This document shows, piece after piece, positions 35,715 through 45,926 of a stretch of DNA of 64,000 bases (positions within the stretch are counted from its first letter, which is position 1; every line of letters begins with the position of its first letter). Under the pieces are notes generated by a model. The model saw only the letters and a list, made by a program, of their open reading frames with translations, had not been told where the DNA came from and searched no databases. Where the stretch lies: assembly GCA_037133435.1 (NCBI GenBank), contig JBAXOD010000002.1, forward strand, positions 23,545 to 87,544, written 5' to 3'. Made by a program: the position numbers and the translations under genes. Source of the stretch: Candidatus Moraniibacteriota bacterium. Its GTDB lineage: Bacteria > Patescibacteriota > Minisyncoccia > Moranbacterales > UBA1568.

Positions 35715-38312
35715 CTATCGCCTATACGCCGACCTCCGATCATCAGGCTCGGAAGCGGGAATCAGGGAAGAAACGAAACCGACCGAGAACAGGAGGAATG
35801 CCGAGGTCAGGATCATCCTGACGGCGAAGACGACGAACGGGGGCACGTATTTCGACACCGCTGCGAAAAATCGGTTCGATCCGGACGAGGCGACGGTCAG
35901 ATCCTCGTTCGCTATCGCTTGAACACGTACGTCACTTACGACCTTCGTTTCCGAGGAATCGATGACGTTGACTCCCCACAGATCTCGGAGTGCCACACGT
36001 TTCTCGTTCGCTTGGACGATTTTCCCCGTAAAGTTGACGAAGTTCGCGTCACCGATCGTGCCGGGTTTCGGAAGCGTATACGCTATCTGCATATCCGCGG
36101 ACTCGTCCACTGTTTTGCCGTCCACCGTCCAGACATGCGACAGCAGATACTTCTTCGCGTATCCCGGAATGATCGACGCCTTCATCGGTATGACGGTGCC
36201 GCTCGCGAACCGTTCGAAAATTTCGTCACTATGCTCGTCGTTCTTGGTACCGTCAAGTTCCGTAAACGTGCCGACGTATCGCGGCCAGACGGCACTCGTG
36301 TCGTTCGATTCGAGCAGGATTTCCGGATCGACGACCTGATAGTTCCGCGAAAGGGACAACGCCTTTCCCGTCGCTACATTCACCGCTTCCATCCGTACGG
36401 TGTACGTTTCTCCCGGCTCGCCCGTTACCGCGAAAAACGCGGTGTTCCCGAGCCCTCCCGAAGGACAGTCGACGGACGAGACGGTCGAGGAACAGTTCAG
36501 TGCGGCACCGTTTATGGTCCATCTGAAATTCTTCCACTCGGTAGAAGTCGCGTTGCGGAGCGTGACCCCGAGAATCTCGTTTTTCATGACGCGACACGAG
36601 ATACGGTTCAGGTTCTCCTTCGCTTCGGCCGCGGTGGAAGGCGTCGGATAGTACATGTCACAGATCGGATCAATCGAGGTGTCAAGCGCCACCTGTGCCG
36701 CGCCGGATGTGGACGCGGTCGCGGTGGTCGTATACGTGGAGATCTTCTTGTCCGTATTGGTGACTTTCACGACCACGTCGCTTTTCCCTTCGGGTCGGGC
36801 GATCATGTTCTGCGCAACCGTACTGCCGCCCGACGCCGTCGCGGTATAGGTGGTCGCGGAATAATTCTCTCCCGCCCGGGTCGTGATACGCATGTAGACC
36901 GGATCGGTATTCGCGAACGTACCAAGAATCTCCGGCTTCATATCAAGCAGCACTTTGATGGAAGTCAGGCCGTTCTGCGAGATCGCCTGGGTGGTGGAAT
37001 TCGGGAGCGTGATGAGCTTTCCAGCCGTGAGTAAACCCGCCGCCTCAAGCTGGGCCGTGACGTCCTTCCAGCCGTCGACCGGATTATTGCTCAGCTCGAC
37101 GGTCCACGAATAGGTGATTTCTTCGGGACTTTTGGATGAATTGTCGACCGAAGCCGTAGCAGTGACCATGTCCCCGCCGATTCCTTCCGTCTTGTCGTTC
37201 ACCGGATTATCCGGCGTCGCGGAAACGGAGAGCTCGAGTTTCTTGGAAGAACCGGATTCAGAATCCATCGGATCGACCAGGTTCATCTCGAGACAGTCAT
37301 CGATATCCCCTTTCGTCAGGCTGGTCGTCAAAAACGTGACCGGATACCCGTGTACCGTCTCTATATAGCTCCCAGGATTCTTGATGGGGCACTTCTTGTT
37401 CTTCGAGAATCCCCACTGGACCATCATCGTCGCGTCATCATGCTTCGTCGCGACCATCGACGATCCCTCCACGAGCACCCCGACTTTGTCTCCGGTCTGA
37501 TAGTTCCACTTGAAGGTATCCCGACCCAGGCCGACCGCGTTCGCCTCGTCCTTGTTGCCGTTACCGCTCGTATCCGGATCGTGCGGGTTGGTCCCCCATG
37601 CCTTCTCGTCCGACAGTCCGAATGTTCCGTCCGTTCCGCCGACCTGACTCCCGTTCAATTCCGGGAACAAGTGGACGCATGCCGGCAACTCATAAAAATG
37701 TCCGCTGACCGGATCGTGCATGTAGCACCAATCCTTCTTCGTATCGACGACGAGCTCCCCTCCGAAATGAGCCTTGTATCCGTCGTTATCATCGTCAGTG
37801 TCGTATTTGAATCCGTTACTGTCGGCATTGTCCGTAGCGAGGATTCGCGAAGCGGCGACTTTCCAATCATTGACGGTCACCGACCCGTCGTTGTCCGAAT
37901 CACAGTAACTCGCCTGACCGGAAGAACCGCCGAGTTCGCATCCGTTCCGCTTCAGATACCAGGTGTAATAAAGCTGTGACTCGCTGGCATTGGAAAAATA
38001 GGTCGGGAACGCCTTCGCGCTGAGTTTCTGCCCGTCCTTGGGATCCGAAGGGCTGAACGCAATCGTCACCTCGGGCGCGTTGCCCTTGTTTTCGGACACG
38101 TTGAACGACTCCCCGTATCTGCGTATGACCGCGGGGTCGAGATGATACCGCTGTTCAATGGCCGACGCTATCGAATCGGCACTCGGGAAATCCAAAGCGA
38201 CCACCTTTTCGGAAATGATGAAACCGGACAAGAAAATCACGAAAGCGACGGGAATCATTCGTCTTCCCGATTGTTTCCTCATTGGATGCATAGCGTTGAA
38301 TTTATTTTTCAT
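35715..38312 (-). CDS. Large secreted, C-terminally anchored surface protein
   Basis: Signal-like hydrophobic segment; Asp-rich DSDNDG, DTDDDNDG and GTNPHDPDT motifs; Y.W beta-rich segments; C-terminal TM; start uncertain. Confidence 0.75.
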   Translation of the reverse strand: MKNKFNAMHPMRKQSGRRMIPVAFVIFLSGFIISEKVVALDFPSADSIASAIEQRYHLDPAVIRRYGESFNVSENKGNAPEVTIAFSPSDPKDGQKLSAKAFPTYFSNASESQLYYTWYLKRNGCELGGSSGQASYCDSDNDGSVTVNDWKVAASRILATDNADSNGFKYDTDDDNDGYKAHFGGELVVDTKKDWCYMHDPVSGHFYELPACVHLFPELNGSQVGGTDGTFGLSDEKAWGTNPHDPDTSGNGNKDEANAVGLGRDTFKWNYQTGDKVGVLVEGSSMVATKHDDATMMVQWGFSKNKKCPIKNPGSYIETVHGYPVTFLTTSLTKGDIDDCLEMNLVDPMDSESGSSKKLELSVSATPDNPVNDKTEGIGGDMVTATASVDNSSKSPEEITYSWTVELSNNPVDGWKDVTAQLEAAGLLTAGKLITLPNSTTQAISQNGLTSIKVLLDMKPEILGTFANTDPVYMRITTRAGENYSATTYTATASGGSTVAQNMIARPEGKSDVVVKVTNTDKKISTYTTTATASTSGAAQVALDTSIDPICDMYYPTPSTAAEAKENLNRISCRVMKNEILGVTLRNATSTEWKNFRWTINGAALNCSSTVSSVDCPSGGLGNTAFFAVTGEPGETYTVRMEAVNVATGKALSLSRNYQVVDPEILLESNDTSAVWPRYVGTFTELDGTKNDEHSDEIFERFASGTVIPMKASIIPGYAKKYLLSHVWTVDGKTVDESADMQIAYTLPKPGTIGDANFVNFTGKIVQANEKRVALRDLWGVNVIDSSETKVVSDVRVQAIANEDLTVASSGSNRFFAAVSKYVPPFVVFAVRMILTSAFLLFSVGFVSSLIPASEPDDRRSAYRR

Positions 38313-38356
38313 CGTCCGTATGATAATGATTCCGATGGCACGTGAAACTGAAGACG

Positions 38357-39022
38357 TCACCTGCCAAAAACGAGAAACGCCACGTCGGCAAGAAACAGCG
38401 TCAGCCAGCCGGAAAACCAGGAATAATAGATCGAGCGGGTACGATGCGCGACGAACCCGGACGCGAATGCCGCAAGAATCATCGGCGTGCTGTTCCAACC
38501 GATACCGCCGAATGCCGCCAAAAACGCGACGAAAATTCCTCCTTGCAGAAAAACCGCGAGGATGCCGGTCTTGGACAACCACGAAAGCATGATGAGGCCG
38601 CGGAAAAACACCTCAAAGAGAACGGAGACGATACCGACCAGTACCACCTCATACAAAACGAAATAGAGGAACGAATCCTGAATGAAGTTTGGCAGCGAAT
38701 ACGTCACATCGGTCCCTCCGATAGCAATCACCGAGTACCAGACGACGAGAAACGGGATGACCGCGACCACGGCGGTCAGAAAACCGTATTTTTTCACGCT
38801 CCCCTGAAAACCGATCGATGAAAGCGGCTCTTTCTCAACGAAAATCACGTAGAGGATAGGGAGACACAGGAGAAAGACGATCCCCAACACGCCGGCCTGC
38901 AGGGATTCGTCCATATTCGCGTCGGCCGGAAACAAGCGAAATGCGAGAAGCGTCGCCACGACAAACAGTCCCGTCGAGAGGAACCGCTTCATATCGAAAG
39001 CCAGAATAGGAGTCTCACTCAT
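38357..39022 (-). CDS. CPBP/Abi-like intramembrane protein (degenerate motif)
   Basis: Multi-TM; FEVFFRG resembles EExxFRG; RTRSIYYS. Confidence 0.6.
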   Translation of the reverse strand: MSETPILAFDMKRFLSTGLFVVATLLAFRLFPADANMDESLQAGVLGIVFLLCLPILYVIFVEKEPLSSIGFQGSVKKYGFLTAVVAVIPFLVVWYSVIAIGGTDVTYSLPNFIQDSFLYFVLYEVVLVGIVSVLFEVFFRGLIMLSWLSKTGILAVFLQGGIFVAFLAAFGGIGWNSTPMILAAFASGFVAHRTRSIYYSWFSGWLTLFLADVAFLVFGR

Positions 39023-39076
39023 AGCATTGCTTCCATTATAACGTTTTTTTTCAATCTTGAAAATTTCTGACAAAAT

Positions 39077-40147
39077 TTAGGCGTTCTTGATCTTGTTCTT
39101 GATGCGACTCAGAAGAAACGCGACCAGAAATGACTGAAGCGGGAAGACGGCGATGATCGGGATGCTCTCGATTACCGCCACGATCACAATGACACCGATA
39201 CGCTTTGCTAGTAATATGATTTTCTCTTTCGGCGGCAGTTTCCTCGTATTCTTGTCAAGTGCTATGATGATGATCTGTCCGATAACGAACGGTCCCGAAA
39301 TGAGTGTGGTCACCCCCGGAAGAAAGAAATCGAAAAAATCGGTCAGGTCGTCGATGCCGCCGAGCATGTAAATCAATAATTTTGATGTAAACGACAAATC
39401 TGAGGCGTTCGGATCATGCTGTGCTGTTCCACTCCCCTGCACGGTCACGTTCCCCGTCTGCCCCGATTTGCGTTGCTCTTCCCAGGACGGGTATCGGGTC
39501 GGCCGTCCTCCCATGGCTTCCGATGATTCTTCCGCATCCTCCTCATCCGATTCAGTAGTCACCGAATTCGGAACAAAACGCAGATTATTTGGAGATTCGC
39601 TATATCGGACATTCCGCTGTTTCGGCCGGGCTGTCGTCGATGCGGCTGGTTTCCCCGAAGCGGAGTTCGAGAGCTGCAAACTGTAATTCTCACGTGCTCG
39701 TTTCGTTTCGATCGCAAGCCGTGTCGCGTCCGGATTTCGATCTTGTTCGAGTTCAAGCTCATCCCTTAAAAGTGCACCAAAAGATTGTACATTCATATTC
39801 TCAGGCCGGTTCGCAGTCAATTCCGCGGGCGTTTCCGAAGTGGCGATACGGCGCTGCAGACGAGTACTCTCAGTCGCTCGTTTCTCGAGCATCGCACGCT
39901 GAACAGCGGCTGATTCCCGGTCACTGTCGATCGCGTCCGCTGTCAAAAGAGCGTCGGCCGCTACGACCGTACGGGCGATATTTTGTCGTGCTCCCGCGGC
40001 CTCATTCATCCTCCGTGCACGCAGGCCCGCAAGCATGCCCGACATACGTGCCGCATTCCGTGCGTTAGGCGAAATCACGGTCCGATCCGAAGCCGGCAAG
40101 CGGGCACGACCGTCGGGAGCTCCTGTATTTGGATTCGAAGTACTCAT
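39077..40147 (-). CDS. Hypothetical protein with low-complexity N-terminus and C-terminal TM helices
   Basis: 356-aa ORF co-oriented downstream of the VirB4-like gene. Confidence 0.7.
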   Translation of the reverse strand: MSTSNPNTGAPDGRARLPASDRTVISPNARNAARMSGMLAGLRARRMNEAAGARQNIARTVVAADALLTADAIDSDRESAAVQRAMLEKRATESTRLQRRIATSETPAELTANRPENMNVQSFGALLRDELELEQDRNPDATRLAIETKRARENYSLQLSNSASGKPAASTTARPKQRNVRYSESPNNLRFVPNSVTTESDEEDAEESSEAMGGRPTRYPSWEEQRKSGQTGNVTVQGSGTAQHDPNASDLSFTSKLLIYMLGGIDDLTDFFDFFLPGVTTLISGPFVIGQIIIIALDKNTRKLPPKEKIILLAKRIGVIVIVAVIESIPIIAVFPLQSFLVAFLLSRIKNKIKNA

Positions 40148-40241
40148 AGGTACTGACTACGTATCACGAATCATTATGAGAGAGACCGAAAGGAGCGATA
40201 GAATCAAAAAGACGACCTCCCGTGACGGAAGACCGTCTTTA

Positions 40242-40375
40242 CGCAGGTTCAGGGTTGTACCCTGAACCACGGGGTTTACAACCGATACCGAAGCTCTGAT
40301 ATGGAGAACCGACCTCCGGTAAGGTTCTGACACAGGGAGAGAAACATTTCGGAGCAGGGTACAACATTGCTCCAG
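40242..40375. repeat. Composite REP-like element
   Basis: CGCAGGTTCAGGGTTGTACCCTGAACCAC ... GGAGCAGGGTACAACATTGCTCC; the same two-part layout recurs at 49646-49845. Confidence 0.75.
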
Positions 40376-40432
40376 TAAAGAATCGAGCTCTCATCCGCCA
40401 AACTGGAACGAAATATAAATTGGGAAATGGGA

Positions 40433-42769
40433 TCAATATCCCGCACCCGCGTCGAAATCGCGTTTGGCCTGTTCGATCTCAAGCAACTGCCGCGGATCCG
40501 TCGTAATGACCTGATCCTCGCTGTACGAAGCGATAACCTTGATCGCGACGTGTTTCGTCCCGGCGAAAAAGATTCCCTCTCCCACGTTCGATTCGAGCAA
40601 CAAGAACTTCTCGTGATCGGTCAGGTAAAAGAGATCCGCAATGAGATCAATCGAAGCCGGCGACTGTTTGAGGAGAAGCTGGATAGAGGAGTTTGTGACG
40701 ATCGGTTTACCGTAGCGTGACGCCATGAAATCGCCCACGTCCTGGGTGATGGTCGTCAGTCCCGCGAAGTACTTGCGGCACCGTTTCGCGATACCGAACA
40801 TGAATGCGGCGGCATCCTCGTTTTGCATCATGATCCACGCCTCGTCCACGACGATCAGCCGCTGTTTCATTTCCACGCGGATCTCGTTCCAGATGTACTG
40901 CAAGATGACGTACATCGCGATCGGCCGAAGCTCGCTCTCGAGGTCCCGGATATTGAAGACGATCATCTGCCGATTCAACGACACGTTTGTCTGGTGATTG
41001 AGGAACCCGCTGAAGACGCCCTCGGTATACTGTTCGAGCCGCGCCGCGAGCGATTCGGCACCTTCGACATTGCGAAGCACGGCATAGAGATCCGTCATGG
41101 TCGGGAACGATGCCGCGTCGAGAGAGCGGAAGTCCGACGATTCGGTGATGTCGCGGATGGCATATGTCTCGCGGATCGCACGGTCAAGGACGGAGTCCTC
41201 TTCCGGCGTCACCGCGCCGAGCATGAGGTGTAGCAATCCGATCAGGTTCGCGACATGACTGCGGAACACGCCCTGTTCATCTTCCGTCGCGGCGATTTTC
41301 GGAAGGTCGAACGGGTTCAGATGCGCGTCGGAGGCGAGCGAAATGTCGAGGAACGTCCCGCCGACCGTGTCGCACAGGTGCTTGTATTCCTGTTCCGGAT
41401 CGATGATGACGACGCTCGTCCCGAACATCATGGAACGCAGTATCTCGAGTTTGATGGTATAGCTTTTTCCGGCGCCGGATTTCGCGAAGACGACCATGTT
41501 GGCGTTTTCCATGCGGAACCGGTCGAACAGGACGAGCGAATTGTTGTGCCGGTTGATCCCGTAGAGTATCCCCTCGTTCGAGGACAAATCGGAAGACACG
41601 AACGGAAACGTGGTGGACAAGGGCGAGGTGTTCAGATTGTTCGCGATATCGAGCAGGTCCATGCCCAAAGGCCTCGTGGAGATGAATCCCTGATCCATCC
41701 GCAGCACGGCCTGCTTCGTGAAGACGAGCTGCGCCTCGAGTATGGACTCGATGTTTCTGGAAATGTCGTTGAGTGCCTTCTCATCGGCCGCATAGACGGT
41801 CATGTAGAGTCCGAATCGGAAGAATTTCTCCGTCCCCTGCTGCAGACGGTCGCGAAGATCCTGGATGTTCTCGAGTGCGGCTTCGAGCATAGGATCGCGG
41901 ACCTTGCCGCCTTCGGCCTCGATGCCGATCTGCGAACGGACGTGCGTCTCGGACGCACGCAACTCACGCATGATCTCACGCGTGTCGACCGGATGAATAA
42001 GGAAGCCGACGTCCATCGGGGCGTCGATATTCACGATCGGGGAAAACCAGTTCGTCCCGAGGTATTTCGGATACGCGATGACGAAATGCGTCCGCGCGAA
42101 CACGCTGCCGACATGGAAAAAGCTCGGTGACATGCGTATCGCCGGCGGTGCGATGAGATCCTTGAGACTCGCGACGCCCTTGCGATAGAGCTCTTCCGAT
42201 TCGGTGCTGCCATGTGAAGAAAATACGGAGGTCAAAAATCCGCCCTTGCCGCCGCCGGCCGATTTCTGCTTGGAGGAAGGCCGTTCGACCTCCGCCGAAT
42301 ACGGAATGACCTCCTCCTCGAAACCGGACGGGCGTGAGTAAGGTGCGGCTGATTCCGAACCAGGTGCGGGAATACGGGACGATTCCGCTTCGACAGCGGA
42401 AGGAAGAGGCTCTACCGTAACCGGCGGCGTATCAAAAGAACGCGCCGGCGCGGGTTCGGATGATGCCGGTTGCGACGACCACGAGGCATACGCGGGCGCC
42501 GCCGATTCCGCCACCGGGATCGGTGCGGGTACCGGAGTCGGTTGCACTGCGGGAGTGGCCGCGACCGGGGGCGTCGACACGACCGGAGCGTCGAAATACT
42601 TCGGCTCCGGCGCGGAAGCGGGAGTCGGGATCGGTGCTGGCGCGGGTGCGGCCGGAACGGGTGCCGGTCCCGAAGGAGATGCTGTACCGCCGCCGGCATC
42701 ACTTAATCCGAGCAGTTCCATGATGAGCGCTTTGCGCTGTTCCGGATCCAATTGTGCTGGTGTAGGCAT
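40433..42769 (-). CDS. VirB4/TraC-like ATPase with Pro/Ala-rich N-terminal extension
   Basis: GILYGIN, Walker A AKSGAGKS, IIDPEQEY, Walker B IVVDEAW, RKY..TTITQ. Confidence 0.9.
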   Translation of the reverse strand: MPTPAQLDPEQRKALIMELLGLSDAGGGTASPSGPAPVPAAPAPAPIPTPASAPEPKYFDAPVVSTPPVAATPAVQPTPVPAPIPVAESAAPAYASWSSQPASSEPAPARSFDTPPVTVEPLPSAVEAESSRIPAPGSESAAPYSRPSGFEEEVIPYSAEVERPSSKQKSAGGGKGGFLTSVFSSHGSTESEELYRKGVASLKDLIAPPAIRMSPSFFHVGSVFARTHFVIAYPKYLGTNWFSPIVNIDAPMDVGFLIHPVDTREIMRELRASETHVRSQIGIEAEGGKVRDPMLEAALENIQDLRDRLQQGTEKFFRFGLYMTVYAADEKALNDISRNIESILEAQLVFTKQAVLRMDQGFISTRPLGMDLLDIANNLNTSPLSTTFPFVSSDLSSNEGILYGINRHNNSLVLFDRFRMENANMVVFAKSGAGKSYTIKLEILRSMMFGTSVVIIDPEQEYKHLCDTVGGTFLDISLASDAHLNPFDLPKIAATEDEQGVFRSHVANLIGLLHLMLGAVTPEEDSVLDRAIRETYAIRDITESSDFRSLDAASFPTMTDLYAVLRNVEGAESLAARLEQYTEGVFSGFLNHQTNVSLNRQMIVFNIRDLESELRPIAMYVILQYIWNEIRVEMKQRLIVVDEAWIMMQNEDAAAFMFGIAKRCRKYFAGLTTITQDVGDFMASRYGKPIVTNSSIQLLLKQSPASIDLIADLFYLTDHEKFLLLESNVGEGIFFAGTKHVAIKVIASYSEDQVITTDPRQLLEIEQAKRDFDAGAGY

Positions 42770-42773
42770 ATGT

Positions 42774-43460
42774 TTATCTTCCGGTCAGTTCCACCGACTC
42801 GATATTCTTGACCACCGACGACGTGAACAACGAAGGGTTGTACGAATTATACAAAAGCTCGATGACCTCTTCGGTACCCAAAAGCGTGGTCCGGACGCCG
42901 GTACCCATGAGTGCCGACGCGACCAGATCGGCGCGCTGGAACAGCTGGTTCTTGTACGTCTCGAACACCTCTCCGCCGATGAACGTCTGCTTGACCGGAT
43001 TGAATATGCCGCCCATCTTCGTGAAAAAACCGCCCTCTTTCGTCTCGGAAGGGGCGAACGGTACCACGACAAAGAACGATTTCGACATGATATTCGAGAC
43101 ATCGGTCAGACTCTTGATGAAATTCGCGTATTCCGAAATCTGGAACCGCAAAAGGTCATTCTCCTGGGTCTTTTCCTGTTGCTTGAGCTTCTCGAGATAC
43201 GGCTCGATGCGGAAACGGCGCGAGTGCACGATAATCTGGAGCGGAAAATCAAGCGAGTTGAGGAAATTCTGATACTGTATGATGATCGCATCCTGCTCGT
43301 CGGTCGATTTGAGGTCGAAGTTGATGGAAGACGCGAGCAGCACCGCCCGGATGGAGCCGTTGCGCAGTATCATGACGCCGTCGCGGACTTCCTCGACGTC
43401 CACGTACTTTTGTGTGCTCGCGGCGTCCGATTCCTTTTTGTTGTCGGTGATGCGTTCCAT
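42774..43460 (-). CDS. VirB4-associated (TraC N-terminal-like) protein
   Basis: SSINFDLKS..EQ.AII..YQ.FLNSLDFP.QI; lies between PrgI and VirB4. Confidence 0.75.
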   Translation of the reverse strand: MERITDNKKESDAASTQKYVDVEEVRDGVMILRNGSIRAVLLASSINFDLKSTDEQDAIIIQYQNFLNSLDFPLQIIVHSRRFRIEPYLEKLKQQEKTQENDLLRFQISEYANFIKSLTDVSNIMSKSFFVVVPFAPSETKEGGFFTKMGGIFNPVKQTFIGGEVFETYKNQLFQRADLVASALMGTGVRTTLLGTEEVIELLYNSYNPSLFTSSVVKNIESVELTGR

Positions 43461-43490
43461 AGTTTTCCGTGGTTGTGTGTTTTTCCTCCG

Positions 43491-43889
43491 CTATTTCCGG
43501 TCCACCGCCTCCGCTATGCGGCGTATCTCCGCTTCCGTGATCCTCCGCTCGGGCGCGACCGATCCGGTATCGATCTTTTTCGGAAGAGTCTTCTGTACTG
43601 GCTTCCCGAGCGGCCTTCGCCACATCATGACCTTCGGATTGAAGAGAAAAAAGAATCCGTAGATCACGAAAAGGAGGAGTGGCTGACCGTTCGGCCTGTA
43701 AAACGCGAGGAGACAGAAAATGATGATGATCGGTATGGAAACCAGGTAGATCGCGATGCCGTCACCGATGATGAACTTGGCGACCAGGATGGTCGTCCCC
43801 ATCCCGATCATCCACAAAAGTTGCTTCCCGGTGAGCGGTCCGGCGATCTTGTCTTCCACGTCGACAAATTGCGGTACGTTGAATATCAT
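43491..43889 (-). CDS. prgI: PrgI family protein (VirB3-like)
   Basis: F.VPQFVDVEDKIAGPLT.KQ, two TM helices, NGQP. Confidence 0.85.
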   Translation of the reverse strand: MIFNVPQFVDVEDKIAGPLTGKQLLWMIGMGTTILVAKFIIGDGIAIYLVSIPIIIIFCLLAFYRPNGQPLLLFVIYGFFFLFNPKVMMWRRPLGKPVQKTLPKKIDTGSVAPERRITEAEIRRIAEAVDRK

Positions 43890-43946
43890 AGCACGGATTC
43901 GGAGATTATCACATTCAAAAACTTCGACTCACTCAAGGATACCATA

Positions 43947-45812
43947 TCAGTTCCGAAGATCCACGACGCGACCCGGGTCGTCGTCTTCCGAAGCCACGAA
44001 CCCGTCTTCCGTATCGACGGGACGGATATAGTACGGGCCCGCTTTCGGTGCCTGATTCGGACGCGGGACATCCTGCGGCATCTGCCGATCCGATACGGGG
44101 GTCCGGACGATTTCGGTGTGGTACGGCTCGGTCGCTCGACCCTGCGCGAATGACGTCGCGGACGGCAACGCCACGGGCCGGGTCGTTTCGATGTCGTCAC
44201 GGATGGAATTTCGTTTCGAATAATCGATTTCGCCAGGCAACGAATGACCGGAAGAAAACGACATGCCGCCACTCCTTTCGGACACATGCGGGGAATGCGT
44301 GATCGGTTCCACGACATCATCATGCGCGCGCGTACCGATCGGAGCAGGAGCGGATGTGTCGATATCCTTGGATGCGACATCGCGGATACCGTCATTTTTC
44401 CAAAATGCCACCTTCGACGTATCCGGTTGGAAGGACGGGATCGCACCGGACGCGCGGAGCGGTGCGGGCTGCACCGGAGCGGGACCGATCGGCAGATCGC
44501 GCGGAGGGGCGGCAGTCGGTCGAGGTGCAAGAGCCGGTGCTACCGGTCGTGCGGGTGACACATATGGCCGTGAGACCGGCTCCTGAACAGGTTCCACATA
44601 TCGCGGAGCGGGAGCCTGTGAAGGCGGCGCGACCGGTCGTGCAGGCGGTACATACGGAGCCGGTGCCGGTGCTTGAATGGGTTCGGCAGAGTGTAACGCC
44701 GATGCAAAATGAGGTGCCTCGGTCTGAAATTCTTGATTCGATATATGAACCAATTCTTCTTTGGGTATCACATATTGAGATGCGGAAGCCGGAGCTGACG
44801 AGGGTAGCGAAACCGGTCGTACCGGTGGTACATACGGAGCCGGAGCTTGTGGCACTTGATACTGCGCGGGAGTTGGTTCCACATATCGCGACGCGGGAGC
44901 TGGCGCTGCAGTATGTTGTGCAGGCGTCGGCGGGACCGGTCGTGCCGGAGGCACGTACGGACGCGGTTCCGGTCTTTGTGCGACTGCTGCCGGTCGCGCT
45001 GGAAGCGATGCCGTACCGCGCCCGGACTCTTGGAAGGTCGGGAAGACGATCTCCATGGTTTCTGTATCGACGTCGAGCGCGACATTGTCCTCCACGGACC
45101 GGACAATCAGGTTGATCCTCTCCCGTTCTTCCGAAGAGAGTTTCTTGCCGTTCTCCGAATCGAACAGGAATTTGGCGCGAAGCATCGGATCGTGATATCC
45201 CACGCCGAGATCGTTGCGATACGCGCGGATCCAATTACCCAAACTCGGCCGGACCGTTTCCAACTGACCGTGGATATGGATACGCTCCGTCGAGAGTATC
45301 TGTTCGCTGAGTTTCGGATACTGGCTCACCGCCTGTAAAAGCGGGAGTGATACGGTCGCCCGCAGTGCCGCCTCGGACAGGTCTTCATCCTCGTCCTCAT
45401 CCTTTTCCAGAAGCCACGGTTCGAGTTCGAACACTTTTTTTCGCGCTTCCTCGAGTCCGATGACCGGTGCGGATTTTTTGGTCGCCCATTCGGCCCCGAG
45501 TGCGGCAGCATCGGTGAAGTACTCCGGGAAGCGCGAAAATATCCGCTGATTCACCTCGTATGCGATGCCGTATGCCACGCTCCGCTCGATGCCCGCCTCC
45601 CATCCGACTGTCGCCGGATAATCCGCAAGTGATATCTCGCGCACGAATATTCCCCCAAGCGGCCCGGTCACGGCCGGAATAGCCTCTTCCGGGAGTCCGT
45701 AGAGCATGCAGACCTCCTCGCAGAGGATACGCGGATCGTCCAGCATGAAAAAGTCATGCACAGGCGCCGGCAGCTGCTTCAGTTTTTTGAAAAAATCCTC
45801 CTGCATAATCAC
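43947..45812 (-). CDS. Hypothetical protein with Pro-rich internal repeats
   Basis: 621-aa ORF; repeated PYVPPARPV..AP.RYVEP; ends VVDLRN; start GTG 45812 or ATG 45806. Confidence 0.75.
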   Translation of the reverse strand: MIMQEDFFKKLKQLPAPVHDFFMLDDPRILCEEVCMLYGLPEEAIPAVTGPLGGIFVREISLADYPATVGWEAGIERSVAYGIAYEVNQRIFSRFPEYFTDAAALGAEWATKKSAPVIGLEEARKKVFELEPWLLEKDEDEDEDLSEAALRATVSLPLLQAVSQYPKLSEQILSTERIHIHGQLETVRPSLGNWIRAYRNDLGVGYHDPMLRAKFLFDSENGKKLSSEERERINLIVRSVEDNVALDVDTETMEIVFPTFQESGRGTASLPARPAAVAQRPEPRPYVPPARPVPPTPAQHTAAPAPASRYVEPTPAQYQVPQAPAPYVPPVRPVSLPSSAPASASQYVIPKEELVHISNQEFQTEAPHFASALHSAEPIQAPAPAPYVPPARPVAPPSQAPAPRYVEPVQEPVSRPYVSPARPVAPALAPRPTAAPPRDLPIGPAPVQPAPLRASGAIPSFQPDTSKVAFWKNDGIRDVASKDIDTSAPAPIGTRAHDDVVEPITHSPHVSERSGGMSFSSGHSLPGEIDYSKRNSIRDDIETTRPVALPSATSFAQGRATEPYHTEIVRTPVSDRQMPQDVPRPNQAPKAGPYYIRPVDTEDGFVASEDDDPGRVVDLRN

Positions 45813-45926
45813 ATTTGCGTTCCAATCTTTTCAACCTTTTTAGAAATAATTCGAACCATCTCCCCTTATGGGACCCTGCCCGCCGGAATTTTTTTCTCCG
45901 CCCAAGTTTCCACCTGTATTCCCATC

